The position numbers were made by a program, and so were the translations under genes. Below, in pieces: positions 8,839 through 19,151 of a stretch of DNA of 64,000 nt. The notes under the pieces were generated by a model. The model was not told the origin of the DNA. It ran no database searches and saw only the letters and a program-made list of their open reading frames with translations. The DNA comes from Candidatus Nitrospinota bacterium M3_3B_026 (GTDB lineage Bacteria > Nitrospinota_A > UBA7883 > JBPRGF01), in the NCBI GenBank assembly GCA_051418015.1, contig JBPRGF010000031.1, positions 1-64,000 on the forward strand. Reading direction: 5' to 3'. Position 1 is the first letter of the stretch. Every line of letters begins with the position of its first letter.

Positions 8839-10275
8839 TCATGGCCCGATGAAGGCGCTTTCGTATGAGTCCCTGCTCTTCTCTCTATCCATGCTCTGCG
8901 CGTGGAAATATATCGTCGCGCGCATCCCGCCACGGCCGGGCGCCATGGCCCGGACGAAAACGTCCACTGGCCGCACCGAGCCCGCCGGGACCGAATACGC
9001 CCTTTTCTCCGGGAGGAGCCTTGCGCCGGGGAGTCCGCTTATGGATATGCCGATGGTCTCGTCACGGCCGGTCCTGTTTATTATCTTCAGAGTATACCCG
9101 TTCTGGATGGAGCCGTCGGACATGAGGGTGTATAGGGGCTGGCGGGCGTGTATAACGGTGAGGTTTATTCCCCTCTCCCGGACGAGCCCGTATATGGTCC
9201 CGCTCACGGCGAACAGGATGATGGCGCAGTAGACGAGTGCCCTGCCCCGCCTCCAGAAGGAACGGCGCTTCTCCCCGCGCAGTTCCTTCAGGGACATGTA
9301 GCGGATGAGCCTCCGCGGCCTCGACAGCCTGTCCATCACCGAGTCGCAGGCGTCTATGCACAGCCCACAGGTTATGCAACCCTCCTGCTGGCCCTTCCTT
9401 ATGTCCACGCCGGTGGGACACACGGCGACGCACAGGCTGCAGTCCACGCAATCTCCGGCCCCCTCACGCGGCTTTCCCTTCCTGACCCTGGCCCTTGGCT
9501 CTCCACGGCTGAAGTCGTAGGTGGGCATCATGGTCTCCAGGTCCACCATCACGCCCTGCACCCTTGCGTAGGGGCACAGCCAGAGGCATACCTGCTCCCG
9601 CATTATGGCGACGCCTATGTAGGAGCCGATGAGAAACACCAGGGGAACAGTCCATATGTAGACCGGCCCCTGGAGCGTGAAGTATCTTCCCCACAGCTCG
9701 CCCGTGTCCATGAAGTAGGAGACGAAGGTTATCCCCGTCAGGGCGGAGAGAAGCATGAAGATGGAGTGTTTGACCGTCTTGACCGCCATTTTCCCCGGCG
9801 TCCACGGCGCCTTGTCCAGCGCGCGCCTTCTGGCCGGGGGGCCCTCCAGCTTCTCCTCTATCCACGTGTAGACGTCCACCCACACCGTCTGCCAGCAGAA
9901 GTAGCCGCAGAACACCCTGCCCGCGAGCGCCGTGACGGCGAACAGCGTGATGAAGAAGGTCAGCAGGACAAGGGCGAGTATCCATATATCCTGCGGCCAC
10001 AGGGTCACCCCGAACAGGTGATACTTGCGGCCCGGTATGTCAAAGAGGACGGCCTGCCTGCCGCCCCACCTTATGTACGGCCCGGCGAAATAGAACAGGT
10101 AGAGGGAGGCGGCCAGCCACTTGAGCCTCCGGAACCCGCCCGGAATCCTTTTGGCGTGGATCTTCTCCTCGCCGAGGTTCACGTCCCAGTAGGCGGTCTC
10201 GTCGTAAAGCTGGTCTATCGCGCTGTCTTCGAACTCCGGCGGCCGCGCCGGAACGCTTTTCGCCGCGTCGTTCAT
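8839..10275 (-). CDS. ccoG: cbb3 oxidase accessory 4Fe-4S protein CcoG/FixG
   Basis: GRVFCGYFC, CLWLCPY, two ferredoxin-type Cys clusters. Confidence 0.93.
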   Translation of the reverse strand: MNDAAKSVPARPPEFEDSAIDQLYDETAYWDVNLGEEKIHAKRIPGGFRRLKWLAASLYLFYFAGPYIRWGGRQAVLFDIPGRKYHLFGVTLWPQDIWILALVLLTFFITLFAVTALAGRVFCGYFCWQTVWVDVYTWIEEKLEGPPARRRALDKAPWTPGKMAVKTVKHSIFMLLSALTGITFVSYFMDTGELWGRYFTLQGPVYIWTVPLVFLIGSYIGVAIMREQVCLWLCPYARVQGVMVDLETMMPTYDFSRGEPRARVRKGKPREGAGDCVDCSLCVAVCPTGVDIRKGQQEGCITCGLCIDACDSVMDRLSRPRRLIRYMSLKELRGEKRRSFWRRGRALVYCAIILFAVSGTIYGLVRERGINLTVIHARQPLYTLMSDGSIQNGYTLKIINRTGRDETIGISISGLPGARLLPEKRAYSVPAGSVRPVDVFVRAMAPGRGGMRATIYFHAQSMDREKSRDSYESAFIGP

Positions 10276-11302
10276 CGAGTTTCATCCAACCGCTCTGAAT
10301 CCGCCTTCGCCCGCTTCGGCTCGCTCATCGAGGCCGGGCGCCGCGGCGCGGCGCCTCATTTACTATCCTCCGCAAGGGCAGGTCCGTCATCCCAAGGATG
10401 GGGGCCGTCAACGCCCGCAACTTCAGCTGGGCTTCGCCTGTCTTCATGGCTCAATCCAGGACCAGCGGATCCTGCGTTCGCTCGTCCTTATTGAGCCCCA
10501 TAATGCTGGAGGCGCGATGCTTGAACGAGGCTGTAGCGCGCCGCATGAACATCCGAGCGGCCCTAAAGGGGATGACATCATCTTTTACCGCGCCTATCAG
10601 GGTGTCGTTATAGACAAAAGTGGTGTAGGAGGGATTAATCTTCTTTAAAGCGCTGGAGACGGAGCCTAATGTGATTTTGCTCCAGTTCTCCTTTCCACCA
10701 AGCCCCACGGTTCCGAACAGCCGGTAATCATCGATGACTATTATGTGGTCTTTTATCTTATGCCCCTCGATAATTTCCAGTTCCTCTAACAGTGGAACGG
10801 AAACCTCTCCCAGGGCGGTTTCTTTCGCGGAGAAATGCGCGTCGAGCCAGAAAAAGCATTTTTCGTTTATTTGCGGCATAAGCTTGCGTAAAGATTCAAC
10901 AGAGTCTCCTTGTATTAAGTTGACATTTTCCATCCCCTTGAAACGCTCGAGACATTTCTGATGCAGCGCCGGGTCCAGTTCCATGGAATAGATTTTCTCA
11001 AACTTGTCACGCGCCCATTCGATGGTGTCTCCCTTGTAGGAGCCGGTTTCAACGAAAACCTTCGGGCAAGTGGATATTACGGAAAAGATATTTTTGTGGG
11101 CCAGACTTGACATTTTTTCTCTCTAATAAACAAGCAAGTTAATTTTCCCCGGACACTGATTATGTAATATATCCTCGAGCTCCACCGGTTGCAAATATAG
11201 CCCTGATTCCAGGTTGCGCCTTTCCATTTCCTTCTCCTCCGCGCCGCCCATCGAGTCTCATCCAGCCGCTCTGATTCCGCCTTCGCCCGCTTCGGCTCAC
11301 TC
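10273..11302. repeat. 54-bp direct repeat (10273-10326 and 11249-11302, 4 mismatches) flanking an AT-rich insert
   Basis: CATCGAGT[T/C]TCATCCA[A/G]CCGCTCTGA[A/T]TCCGCCTTCGCCCGCTTCGGCTC[G/A]CTC occurs twice. Confidence 0.9.
10451..11113 (-). CDS. Class I SAM-dependent methyltransferase-like protein (AT-rich, likely acquired)
   Basis: VFVETGSYKGD, GDS, FWLDAH, IVIDD motifs. Confidence 0.7.
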   Translation of the reverse strand: MSSLAHKNIFSVISTCPKVFVETGSYKGDTIEWARDKFEKIYSMELDPALHQKCLERFKGMENVNLIQGDSVESLRKLMPQINEKCFFWLDAHFSAKETALGEVSVPLLEELEIIEGHKIKDHIIVIDDYRLFGTVGLGGKENWSKITLGSVSSALKKINPSYTTFVYNDTLIGAVKDDVIPFRAARMFMRRATASFKHRASSIMGLNKDERTQDPLVLD

Positions 11303-11404
11303 TTCGCCGCCCCTGGAGAGGGAGTATATTTTCCAGCCGAGGTAGACCACGATCGCCAGCGCGCCCGCCGCCGTGAAAAGCGAAAGTAACACCACGAAGT
11401 CCAT
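11297..11404 (-). CDS. 35-aa single-TM small protein in the cco operon (not in ORF track)
   Basis: GGGAGG RBS, then MDFVVLLSLFTAAGALAIVVYLGWKIYSLSRGGEE*. Confidence 0.65.
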   Translation of the reverse strand: MDFVVLLSLFTAAGALAIVVYLGWKIYSLSRGGEE

Positions 11405-11445
11405 ATCGCCTCCCCTTTACAGATCCTCACGCGCTTCGGGGCCGG

Positions 11446-12312
11446 TCATTCCTCCATCCCCCCGCCAAGGGACCAGACCCTGACGGCGAGTTTCCTGATA
11501 TCGTTTTCGCCGAGCCTTTCACCGAAAGCGGGCATCACGGCCTTCCTGCTTTGCGGGTGGTCCTGGTTCACGCCGTACATGATGGTCCCGCGGACGCCCT
11601 CGTCCGTCCCCTCGAATCTCCATATGGCGTCGGTCAGGTTGGCGCCGCCCATCTCCTCCAGGCCCCTTGCGTCCTCCCCGTGGCAGACGTAGCAGTCCGC
11701 CCCGCCGCTTGTTCGCCCCATGAACACCTCCCGGCCGGGCTCGTGGACCCGCCCCGCGGCAAGGCCGGTCACGTAGCGGACAAGGTCCTCTATCTCATCG
11801 GCGGAGAGCGTGTCCCTGTAACCGGGCATGTACCCCTCCCTGCCCGACGCAATGGTCTCCATTATGTTCTCCACCGTTCCGCCGTAGAGCCAGTCGTCAT
11901 CGGCCAGCACGGGAAAGCCCGGCGCCCCCTCGCCCCCGGAGCCGTGGCAGGGCGCGCAGTTGTCGCCGAAGGTCACCCTGGAGGCCGCCAGCGAGTATCG
12001 GGTCATGCCGGGGTCTTCGAGAATCTCCCCGGCGGTCATCGCCGCCACCTTCCGCTCGTAAGGGGCGCGAACGGCTTTTATCCGCTCCAGGCCGCGTCTG
12101 TACTCATCAATCTGCGTCCAGCCCAGCACTCCGCGCGTGTAGTCGTTGACCAGGGGGATGGAAGGATAGAGAACGAAGTAGATGAGCACAAACACCGGCG
12201 CGATGTAAAGACCCGTCATCCACCACCGCGGGGGGTCGTTTTTCAACTCGCGGATGCCGTCCCACTCGTGCCCGGTGTCCGGGGCCTCTTTCGGGTCATG
12301 TTCGTTGGCCAT
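11446..12312 (-). CDS. ccoP: cbb3-type cytochrome c oxidase subunit III
   Basis: GHEWDGIREL...PPRWW; hemes CAPCH and CYVCH. Confidence 0.96.
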   Translation of the reverse strand: MANEHDPKEAPDTGHEWDGIRELKNDPPRWWMTGLYIAPVFVLIYFVLYPSIPLVNDYTRGVLGWTQIDEYRRGLERIKAVRAPYERKVAAMTAGEILEDPGMTRYSLAASRVTFGDNCAPCHGSGGEGAPGFPVLADDDWLYGGTVENIMETIASGREGYMPGYRDTLSADEIEDLVRYVTGLAAGRVHEPGREVFMGRTSGGADCYVCHGEDARGLEEMGGANLTDAIWRFEGTDEGVRGTIMYGVNQDHPQSRKAVMPAFGERLGENDIRKLAVRVWSLGGGMEE

Positions 12313-12313
12313 T

Positions 12314-12511
12314 TTAAACCTCTTTGTCCAGGCTGTCCTCTTCCAGGATGCTCCTCTTCTGAGCCTCCAGGCGCTCCCTTACGCTGGGGATCATGATGTA
12401 GACATAGACCCCCGCCATGAGAAAAAAAACCACCACCGTCACCGAAAGGCCCAGCCAGTCCGTGGCGGTCATCCTCTGATAAACGCTCGCCGCTTCGATC
12501 GCGTCATTCAC
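12314..12511 (-). CDS. ccoQ: cbb3-type oxidase subunit IV
   Basis: Small TM protein between ccoO and ccoP. Confidence 0.8.
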   Translation of the reverse strand: MNDAIEAASVYQRMTATDWLGLSVTVVVFFLMAGVYVYIMIPSVRERLEAQKRSILEEDSLDKEV

Positions 12512-13193
12512 GGTAAGCTTTTCCCTCCTCGAACTCGATCATGGTCCCAAGGCATTGCAGGTAGGCCACCAGGGCGTCCATCTCCGTCTTGCCGGCCACC
12601 TCGCCCGCGGCTTTGGCGATCATCCGTTCGGTGTATGGGACGCCCAGGGTCCGCATGGCCCTCATGCTCGCCTCCACCCTGTCCGGGGGTACCATGGCGT
12701 CCCTGAGCCACGGGTAGGCCGGCATCACAGATTCCGGGACCACCGACCTGGGGTCCACAAGATGCGCCACGTGCCACTGGTCCGAGTATTTGCCGCCCAC
12801 GCGGGCGAGGTCCGGCCCGGTGCGCTTGGAGCCCCACTGGAACGGATGGTCGTACTTCGACTCCACCGCCAGCGAGTAATGCCCGTAGCGCTCCATCTCG
12901 TCCCGGAAGGGGCGGATCATCTGCGAGTGGCACACGTAGCAGCCCTCGCGGATGTAGACGTCCCTGCCGTAAAGCTCCAGGGCGTTATAAGGCCGGACTC
13001 CGGTCAGCTCCGGGAACTTTGGCGAGCCGTCCGGATTCACAGCCGTGTCCTCCCAGGTGCTGTCCAGGTAGAAAAGCGGAACGGTCGTGATGATGCTGCC
13101 GATGGAGACCACGATGGCGATCATGACCGTCATGGCCGCCACGTTAAGCTCCAGCCGCTCCTGCAGTCTGTCCGGTCTGTCCTTTTCAGTCAT
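12504..13193 (-). CDS. ccoO: cbb3-type oxidase subunit II
   Basis: [34 protein letters not shown]. Confidence 0.97.
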   Translation of the reverse strand: MTEKDRPDRLQERLELNVAAMTVMIAIVVSIGSIITTVPLFYLDSTWEDTAVNPDGSPKFPELTGVRPYNALELYGRDVYIREGCYVCHSQMIRPFRDEMERYGHYSLAVESKYDHPFQWGSKRTGPDLARVGGKYSDQWHVAHLVDPRSVVPESVMPAYPWLRDAMVPPDRVEASMRAMRTLGVPYTERMIAKAAGEVAGKTEMDALVAYLQCLGTMIEFEEGKAYRE

Positions 13194-13230
13194 TTACGAT
13201 TTTCCCTCCGAAAGTCCGCCATGATCCCCG

Positions 13231-14655
13231 TCATGCCGCCGCCGGCGCGGGCGCAAGCTCCGTGTCCTCGGAGCCCCTGATGGTCATCACGATGTTGTAG
13301 AGCATCAGCACAGCGCCCAGCAGGAATAGAAGCCCGCCGAACCAGCGCAGGATGTAGTAAGGCTCCATCGCCGCCACCGACTCGGCGAAGGTGTAGGTGA
13401 GCGCTCCGTACTCGTCGTAGGCCCTCCACATCATCCCCTGCATGATCCCGGAGACCCACATGGAGGTGATGTAGAAAGCGATCCCTATGGTGGTCATCCA
13501 GAAGTGGACGTTGACCAGCCGCTCCGAGTAGAGCCTCCGGCCGTAGAGCCTGGGGATGAGGTGGTATATGGCGCCCATGGAGACCATCCCCACCCAGCCC
13601 AGGGCGCCGGAGTGGACGTGGCCTATGGTCCAGTCCGTGTAATGCGAGAGGGCGTTCACGGTGCGAAGGGACATCATCGGCCCCTCGAAGGTGGACATGG
13701 CGTAGAAGGCCAGGGAGAGGATGAGAAACCGCAGGACGTAGTCCGTCCGCAGCTTGTACCACGCCCCGGAGAGGGTCAGCATCCCGTTCACCGCGCCGCC
13801 CCAGGAGGGGATTATCATGGCCACGGATATGGCCGCGCCGAGGCTGCCCGACCAGTCCGGCAGGGCGGTGTACTGCAGATGGTGGGCGCCGATCCAGACG
13901 TAGCCGAATATCAGCGTCCAGAAATGGAGCACCGAGAGCCTGTAGGAGAATATCGGGCGGCCTGCCTGCTTGGGGACGAAATAATACATTATCCCCAGGA
14001 AACCCGCCGTCAGGAAAAAGCCTACCGCGTTGTGCCCGTACCACCACTGGATCATGGCGTCCTGCGGGCCGGAGAAGACGGAGTAGGACTTCAGCGGCCC
14101 CACGGGTATCGCCAGGCTGTTCACCACGTGCAGGTAGGTGATGGTCACCTGCATGGAGATGAAAAACCAGTTGGCGACGTAGATGTGGGATATTTTGCGG
14201 TTGGCCAGGGTCATCAGGTAGTTGAATATGTAGACCAGCCACACCACCGCGATGGCGATGTCGAAGGGCCACTCCAGCTCGGCGTACTCCTTGCCGGTGG
14301 TGTATCCGAGGGGCAGGGTGACGACCGCCCCCACGATCACCGCGTTCCAGCCCCAGAAGGTGACCCAGGCCAGCCTGTCGCTCCACAGCGGCGTCCGGGA
14401 CGTGCGCTGGACGATGTAGTAGGAAGTGGCGAACAGCGTGCAGCCGCCGAAGGCGAATATCACGGCGTTGGTGTGCAGGGGCCGCAGCCTGCCGAAGGTT
14501 ATGTGCGGGATGTCGAAGTTAAGGGCCGGCCAGGCAAGCTCCGCGGCGATGTACACTCCGATGAGGGAGCCCACCACCAGGTACAACACGGCCATTATGG
14601 AGAACCACTTGACGACCCCGAAATGATACTTGGGCTCCGCCTGCGCTTGTTCCAC
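13231..14655 (-). CDS. ccoN: cbb3-type oxidase subunit I (GTG start after AGGAGG)
   Basis: [34 protein letters not shown]. Confidence 0.97.
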   Translation of the reverse strand: MEQAQAEPKYHFGVVKWFSIMAVLYLVVGSLIGVYIAAELAWPALNFDIPHITFGRLRPLHTNAVIFAFGGCTLFATSYYIVQRTSRTPLWSDRLAWVTFWGWNAVIVGAVVTLPLGYTTGKEYAELEWPFDIAIAVVWLVYIFNYLMTLANRKISHIYVANWFFISMQVTITYLHVVNSLAIPVGPLKSYSVFSGPQDAMIQWWYGHNAVGFFLTAGFLGIMYYFVPKQAGRPIFSYRLSVLHFWTLIFGYVWIGAHHLQYTALPDWSGSLGAAISVAMIIPSWGGAVNGMLTLSGAWYKLRTDYVLRFLILSLAFYAMSTFEGPMMSLRTVNALSHYTDWTIGHVHSGALGWVGMVSMGAIYHLIPRLYGRRLYSERLVNVHFWMTTIGIAFYITSMWVSGIMQGMMWRAYDEYGALTYTFAESVAAMEPYYILRWFGGLLFLLGAVLMLYNIVMTIRGSEDTELAPAPAAA

Positions 14656-15072
14656 GGCCCCTCCTGACAAATCGTGTTACAGGTAATACCCAGCCCTGAG
14701 CGTCCCGGTCATCACTTGCGAGATATATAAGACCGGCAGCCGGCCCCCAGGGCCGCGTACATTTTTTCCGCCGGACACCGCGTCTGAGGCGTCCATGATT
14801 TCACACGCGGCCGGCTCTTTCCTGTAGTTGCTTATCGTGCTTATCGCGGCGCCGGACACGAGGGGCCTTGCGCCGCCATGGCGCCCTATCCCTTCGGGTG
14901 ACCGAAGCTCAAGGGACCGGGGCGTGGTGGAGCAGACACCGGGAAACCGGCGTCTTTGGCCGAGATATAATGGTGTGTCATAATTTTCCGAACCCTCCTG
15001 GATAAAATATGAGTCCGGCAGGCAGGTTTGTAAACAGACTCGTCAAAAAAAATGAGCGGCCGCGCCAGGGCG

Positions 15073-15990
15073 TCAGGCGTCAGGCGCCTCGTCCAGCCGG
15101 AAGAGGCGCCGGGCGGTACCGCCCATGACGAGGGCCTGTTTCTTTTTTGGAAGCTTCAGCGCGGCGAGGACCTTTTTCTGCTCTTTGAGGATGTGGGACC
15201 TGTAGCCGGATTCGCCGCTGATGGCGCTGTCGGTGCCGAAGATTATCTTCTCCGCGCCGAAGACTTCGATCGTCCGCCTGAAAACTTTTGAGAGCGGCGG
15301 CTTGCCCGGCGTGTAGAGCCTCCAGTTGTTCGTCCCGGAGGTGTCCACGTAGAGGTTCTCCGAGTGGAAACCGAGCAGCAGGACCTCCCGGAAAAAACCG
15401 GCCCCGAAATGGGCGATGATGAAATTCGTCTCCGGGAACATCTTGAGAGGCAGCCGCAGGTCCATCGGGTTCGTATAGCGATAGTCGGCCACCGGCGCCT
15501 GCGTTATGCCGAAATGGAAAAGGACCGGGACGCCAAGCCGCCCGGCGGCCTCGTAGACGGGGAACATCCTCTTGTCCGCGGCGGAGAAGCCCTGCAGCGC
15601 CGGGTATAGCTTGAGCCCCTTGAAAAGGCCGGTCCGCGCCAGTCTTTCCAGCTCGCGGGAGGCGGATTTGGCGGGCGGGTTTTTCAGGAAAACGTAGCCG
15701 GAGAAACGGGCCGGGTTGAGGGAGATGAACTCCTCGAGGTCCGAAAGCTCCCCGCCGATGGGCAGAAACAGGGCGCGTTCTATCCCGTTGCGGTCAAGCT
15801 CCTCCTCCCACATCCCGGCCAGCCCCTTCACGCCGGTCTTCCTGAGGAATTTCACAAGCTCCGGGCTTATGAACTTTTTGCCGTCCCTGCGGGTCTTCTC
15901 GAAAAGGCCGGGGCGGACGCGGTCGAACCGCTTCTTGGCGTTTTCTATCATCCTGGCCGTGACCAGGTGGACATGAGCGTCTATTATCAT
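15073..15990 (-). CDS. Amidohydrolase family protein
   Basis: IDAHVH, GLKLYP, IAHFG, YVDTS, FGTD. Confidence 0.85.
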   Translation of the reverse strand: MIIDAHVHLVTARMIENAKKRFDRVRPGLFEKTRRDGKKFISPELVKFLRKTGVKGLAGMWEEELDRNGIERALFLPIGGELSDLEEFISLNPARFSGYVFLKNPPAKSASRELERLARTGLFKGLKLYPALQGFSAADKRMFPVYEAAGRLGVPVLFHFGITQAPVADYRYTNPMDLRLPLKMFPETNFIIAHFGAGFFREVLLLGFHSENLYVDTSGTNNWRLYTPGKPPLSKVFRRTIEVFGAEKIIFGTDSAISGESGYRSHILKEQKKVLAALKLPKKKQALVMGGTARRLFRLDEAPDA

Positions 15991-16061
15991 TGTTAGAATG
16001 ATAACAGAATGGAGGGTCTGAAAAACCTCCGCCGCGCAATGAAATTTTCTCGGAGAGAAAA

Positions 16062-16610
16062 ATGGCTATACGTAAAGTGGCCCAGCTCGGAAACCCCGTC
16101 CTGCGGAAAACGGCCGAGCCGGTGCCCGAGGACGAAATCACCTCGCGGCATGTCCAGCGCCTCATAGACGACATGATCGAGACAATGCGGGAGTATTCCG
16201 GCGCAGGGCTGGCCGCGCCCCAGGTCCACGAGTCCATCCGGATCGTGGTGGCCGAGTCCATGCGCAACGAGCGCTACCCCGAGTCGCCGCCGGTCCCCCT
16301 GACCGTGATCGTGAACCCCAGAATAGCCGGGTTTTCGGAGGAGATGGAGACGGACTGGGAGGGATGCCTGAGCCTGACGGACCTCTGGGGGCGGGTGAGG
16401 CGCGCCAAGGCCGTCACCGTGGAAGGGTTCGACCGTGGCGGGAAGCCGCTGAGGATCGAGGCGGAGGGCTTTTTCGCCCGCGCCCTGCAGCACGAGATCG
16501 ACCATCTCCACGGCAAGGTCTTCATCGACAGGATGAGCGGCCTCTCCTCGCTCTCCTTCGGCAGGGAGCGCGAGCGCTACGGGCGCCTCCACGAGGACGA
16601 GCCGCTTTAA
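16062..16610 (+). CDS. def: Peptide deformylase
   Basis: GAGLAAPQV, EGCLS, QHEIDHL. Confidence 0.96.
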   Translation: MAIRKVAQLGNPVLRKTAEPVPEDEITSRHVQRLIDDMIETMREYSGAGLAAPQVHESIRIVVAESMRNERYPESPPVPLTVIVNPRIAGFSEEMETDWEGCLSLTDLWGRVRRAKAVTVEGFDRGGKPLRIEAEGFFARALQHEIDHLHGKVFIDRMSGLSSLSFGRERERYGRLHEDEPL

Positions 16611-16746
16611 AGGCGGGCGCTGGCAAAACGCCGCCACGCGATGTCATCTCCAGACCCCGGCCGGGAGCGCCGCGCCGCGCTTGACAGGAGGAACCCCCCG
16701 GGCCGATAATTGTGGAAAATTTCGCCCTTTAGCGCGGTCTTTTACT

Positions 16747-17892
16747 ATGCCGCTTGATACTTTCTCCCGCGACGTCTCGGAATGGACGGGGCTGAACCTC
16801 ATCAACTGCATAGGCGTGGACGAGTGCATGAGGGCCTGCCCCGTCGTCCCGCCCGGCCTTTCGATCGCCGATCTCAACGACGCCGCGCGGGACGGGGCGG
16901 AGCTTACAGGCGGCGCGCTGAAGCTTGCGCGGGACTGCGTCCAGTGCGGCCGGTGCGACACCGTCTGCCCGGCCCTTGCGGGAAGGTCGGTGATGATGCT
17001 GGCCCTCAAGGAGAAGATGGCCAACGCCGGTTTCTCCCCCGCCTACCACAAAAAATATTTCGCCCTGAAAGGGTACGACAAAAGCGCCGCCCGCCGCGCC
17101 GCCTTCGGCGCCCTCATGAAGGCGAAGTGGAAAATCTCCGGCGCGGACAGGCTGAAGTCCGAAAAACTCGCCCCGCATATAGGCAAGCCGCGCCTTCGGA
17201 AGGCGGAGTACCTTATCTATCTCGGCTGCTACGTCTTCACGAAAACCGACTCCGCCGCGCAGACGGTGGACATAGCCGAGCGGCTCGGGATCGACCACGA
17301 GGTCCTCGGCGGACTGGAGACCTGTTGCGGGTGGCCGTCGCTTCTCGCGGGCAGGACGGACGAGGCCGAACGCTATCACGAGCGCCTGGCCGCCACGATC
17401 CGCGAGGCGGAGCCCGAATACGCCGTCACCGGCTGCGCGGAGTGCTACATGGCGCTGGTGAAAATAAAACACAAGTACGCCATGGCCTTCGAGCCGCTCA
17501 CCACGCCGATGTGGCTGAACAGGTTCGCGGACAGGCTGGGTCTGCGAAAGTCGGACGCTCAGGTGACGTTCCACGACTCCTGCCACATATCCCGCAAGGC
17601 CGGCGCGCCGGAGCCGGCCAGGGAACTTCTGCGGAGGATGGCGCCCGTGGTGGAGATGGAGCGTTCCGGCCCCGGCAAAACCTTCTGCTGCGGCTACTGG
17701 GGGCTGAAAAGCGACGAGGCGCAACAGAAGGCCATCCACGCAAGCCGTCTCGACGAGGCGATGGGGACGGGAGCGGCGGTGATGGCGGTGGAATGCGTCA
17801 CGTGCCTTGAGTCATTCTCCGAAAACGGCGCCGCGCCGGGGGTGGATGTCCGGGACATCGTCGGCATGGTCCACGAGCGGATGCGCCCATGA
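16747..17892 (+). CDS. Fe-S oxidoreductase with CCG domains (HdrD/GlpC-like)
   Basis: CVQCGRCDTVCP ferredoxin motif, two CCG motifs, FHDSCH. Confidence 0.8.
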   Translation: MPLDTFSRDVSEWTGLNLINCIGVDECMRACPVVPPGLSIADLNDAARDGAELTGGALKLARDCVQCGRCDTVCPALAGRSVMMLALKEKMANAGFSPAYHKKYFALKGYDKSAARRAAFGALMKAKWKISGADRLKSEKLAPHIGKPRLRKAEYLIYLGCYVFTKTDSAAQTVDIAERLGIDHEVLGGLETCCGWPSLLAGRTDEAERYHERLAATIREAEPEYAVTGCAECYMALVKIKHKYAMAFEPLTTPMWLNRFADRLGLRKSDAQVTFHDSCHISRKAGAPEPARELLRRMAPVVEMERSGPGKTFCCGYWGLKSDEAQQKAIHASRLDEAMGTGAAVMAVECVTCLESFSENGAAPGVDVRDIVGMVHERMRP

Positions 17893-19142
17893 GCTTCAGG
17901 AAGCATGTCATCATCGGGTTCGGCGTGGCCGGGGCCGAGGCGGCGGAGGCGATACGAAGACGCGACCCCGACGCGGCCATAACGATATTCAACGCCGAGC
18001 CGTATCCTTTCTACTTCCGCCCGGCGCTCTCTTACTATTTCAAAGGCGCCCTGGGGGAGGAGGGGCTTCTCGCCCGGCCGCCTCAGTGGGCGCGGCGGAG
18101 ACGGATACGGATTTTAAACGACACCGTCCGCGAGGTCAGGCTCCCCGATCGTGAGGTGGTGGGCGAAAGCGGCCTAGTGGAAGCCTACGACGAGCTGCTG
18201 ATAGCAACCGGCGCGCGGCCCTTCAAGGCGCCGTGGATCGGGGTGGACCTCGACGGCGTGGTCACATACCGCGGCCTGGTGTGCGCCAGGAAGACGATGG
18301 ACTATGCGAAGAAACGCCGCGCCCGCCGGGCCGTCGTCATCGGCGGGGGGATACTGGGCGTCGAGATGGCGGAAAACTTCAAGAGCATGGGGCTGGAGAC
18401 GGCCCTGCTGGTTCGCGAGGAGCGCCCCTTGAGCCTGCTGTTCGACGAGGAGGGGTCGGGGATCATACGGGAGCGGATGGAAAAGGACGGCGTCCGCGTC
18501 CTCGTCGAGTCCGAAGTGGACGAGTTTCTCGGAGACTCCGGCAAGGTGGAGGGCGTCCGGCTGAAGTCCGGCGAGACGCTCGACGCGGACGTCGCCGCCG
18601 TGGCCATCGGGGTACGGCCGGTTGTCGATTTCCTTGAAGGCTCGGGGGTGGAGCTTGCCGGTGGCGGCGTCGTGGTGGATGAATACCTGAAGACGAGCGC
18701 CGAGGGCGTCTGGGCCGCGGGGGACGCGGCTATGCGGAGAGCCGTCGAAAGGCTCATCCCGTGCCGGACGTGGCTTGCGGCCGGGCGGATGGGCGCGGCG
18801 GCGGGGGCGAACATGGCCGGGGCGGGCGAGCCTTTCGACGAGGGCGTCTTCTTCAACGCAAGCCATGCATACAACGTCATGTACGCCGTGGTGGGGCGGT
18901 TCGGCGCATCGGAGGGAGACGGCGTCCGAGGCGTCGTTCTGGACTCGCCCCCGGGGACGCGGGCGAAGGTGATGTTCGAAGGGAACAAAGTGATCGGCGG
19001 TATGTTCGTGGGATACACCGATCCCGCGTGGGCCGCTCTCCGGGCGGTGGAAAAAAGGCTGGAGGCCGATCCGGCGGCGCTTTCCGGCAGCGGGTGGCGG
19101 AGCGCGCTTTCTGCCGCAGGCCCGCCGATGGGCGTTTTTTAA
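17889..19142 (+). CDS. FAD/NAD(P)-dependent pyridine nucleotide-disulfide oxidoreductase
   Basis: IIGFGVAG, LLIATGA, IGGGILGVE, WAAGD. Confidence 0.88.
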   Translation: MSFRKHVIIGFGVAGAEAAEAIRRRDPDAAITIFNAEPYPFYFRPALSYYFKGALGEEGLLARPPQWARRRRIRILNDTVREVRLPDREVVGESGLVEAYDELLIATGARPFKAPWIGVDLDGVVTYRGLVCARKTMDYAKKRRARRAVVIGGGILGVEMAENFKSMGLETALLVREERPLSLLFDEEGSGIIRERMEKDGVRVLVESEVDEFLGDSGKVEGVRLKSGETLDADVAAVAIGVRPVVDFLEGSGVELAGGGVVVDEYLKTSAEGVWAAGDAAMRRAVERLIPCRTWLAAGRMGAAAGANMAGAGEPFDEGVFFNASHAYNVMYAVVGRFGASEGDGVRGVVLDSPPGTRAKVMFEGNKVIGGMFVGYTDPAWAALRAVEKRLEADPAALSGSGWRSALSAAGPPMGVF

Positions 19143-19151
19143 CGAGGAGAG

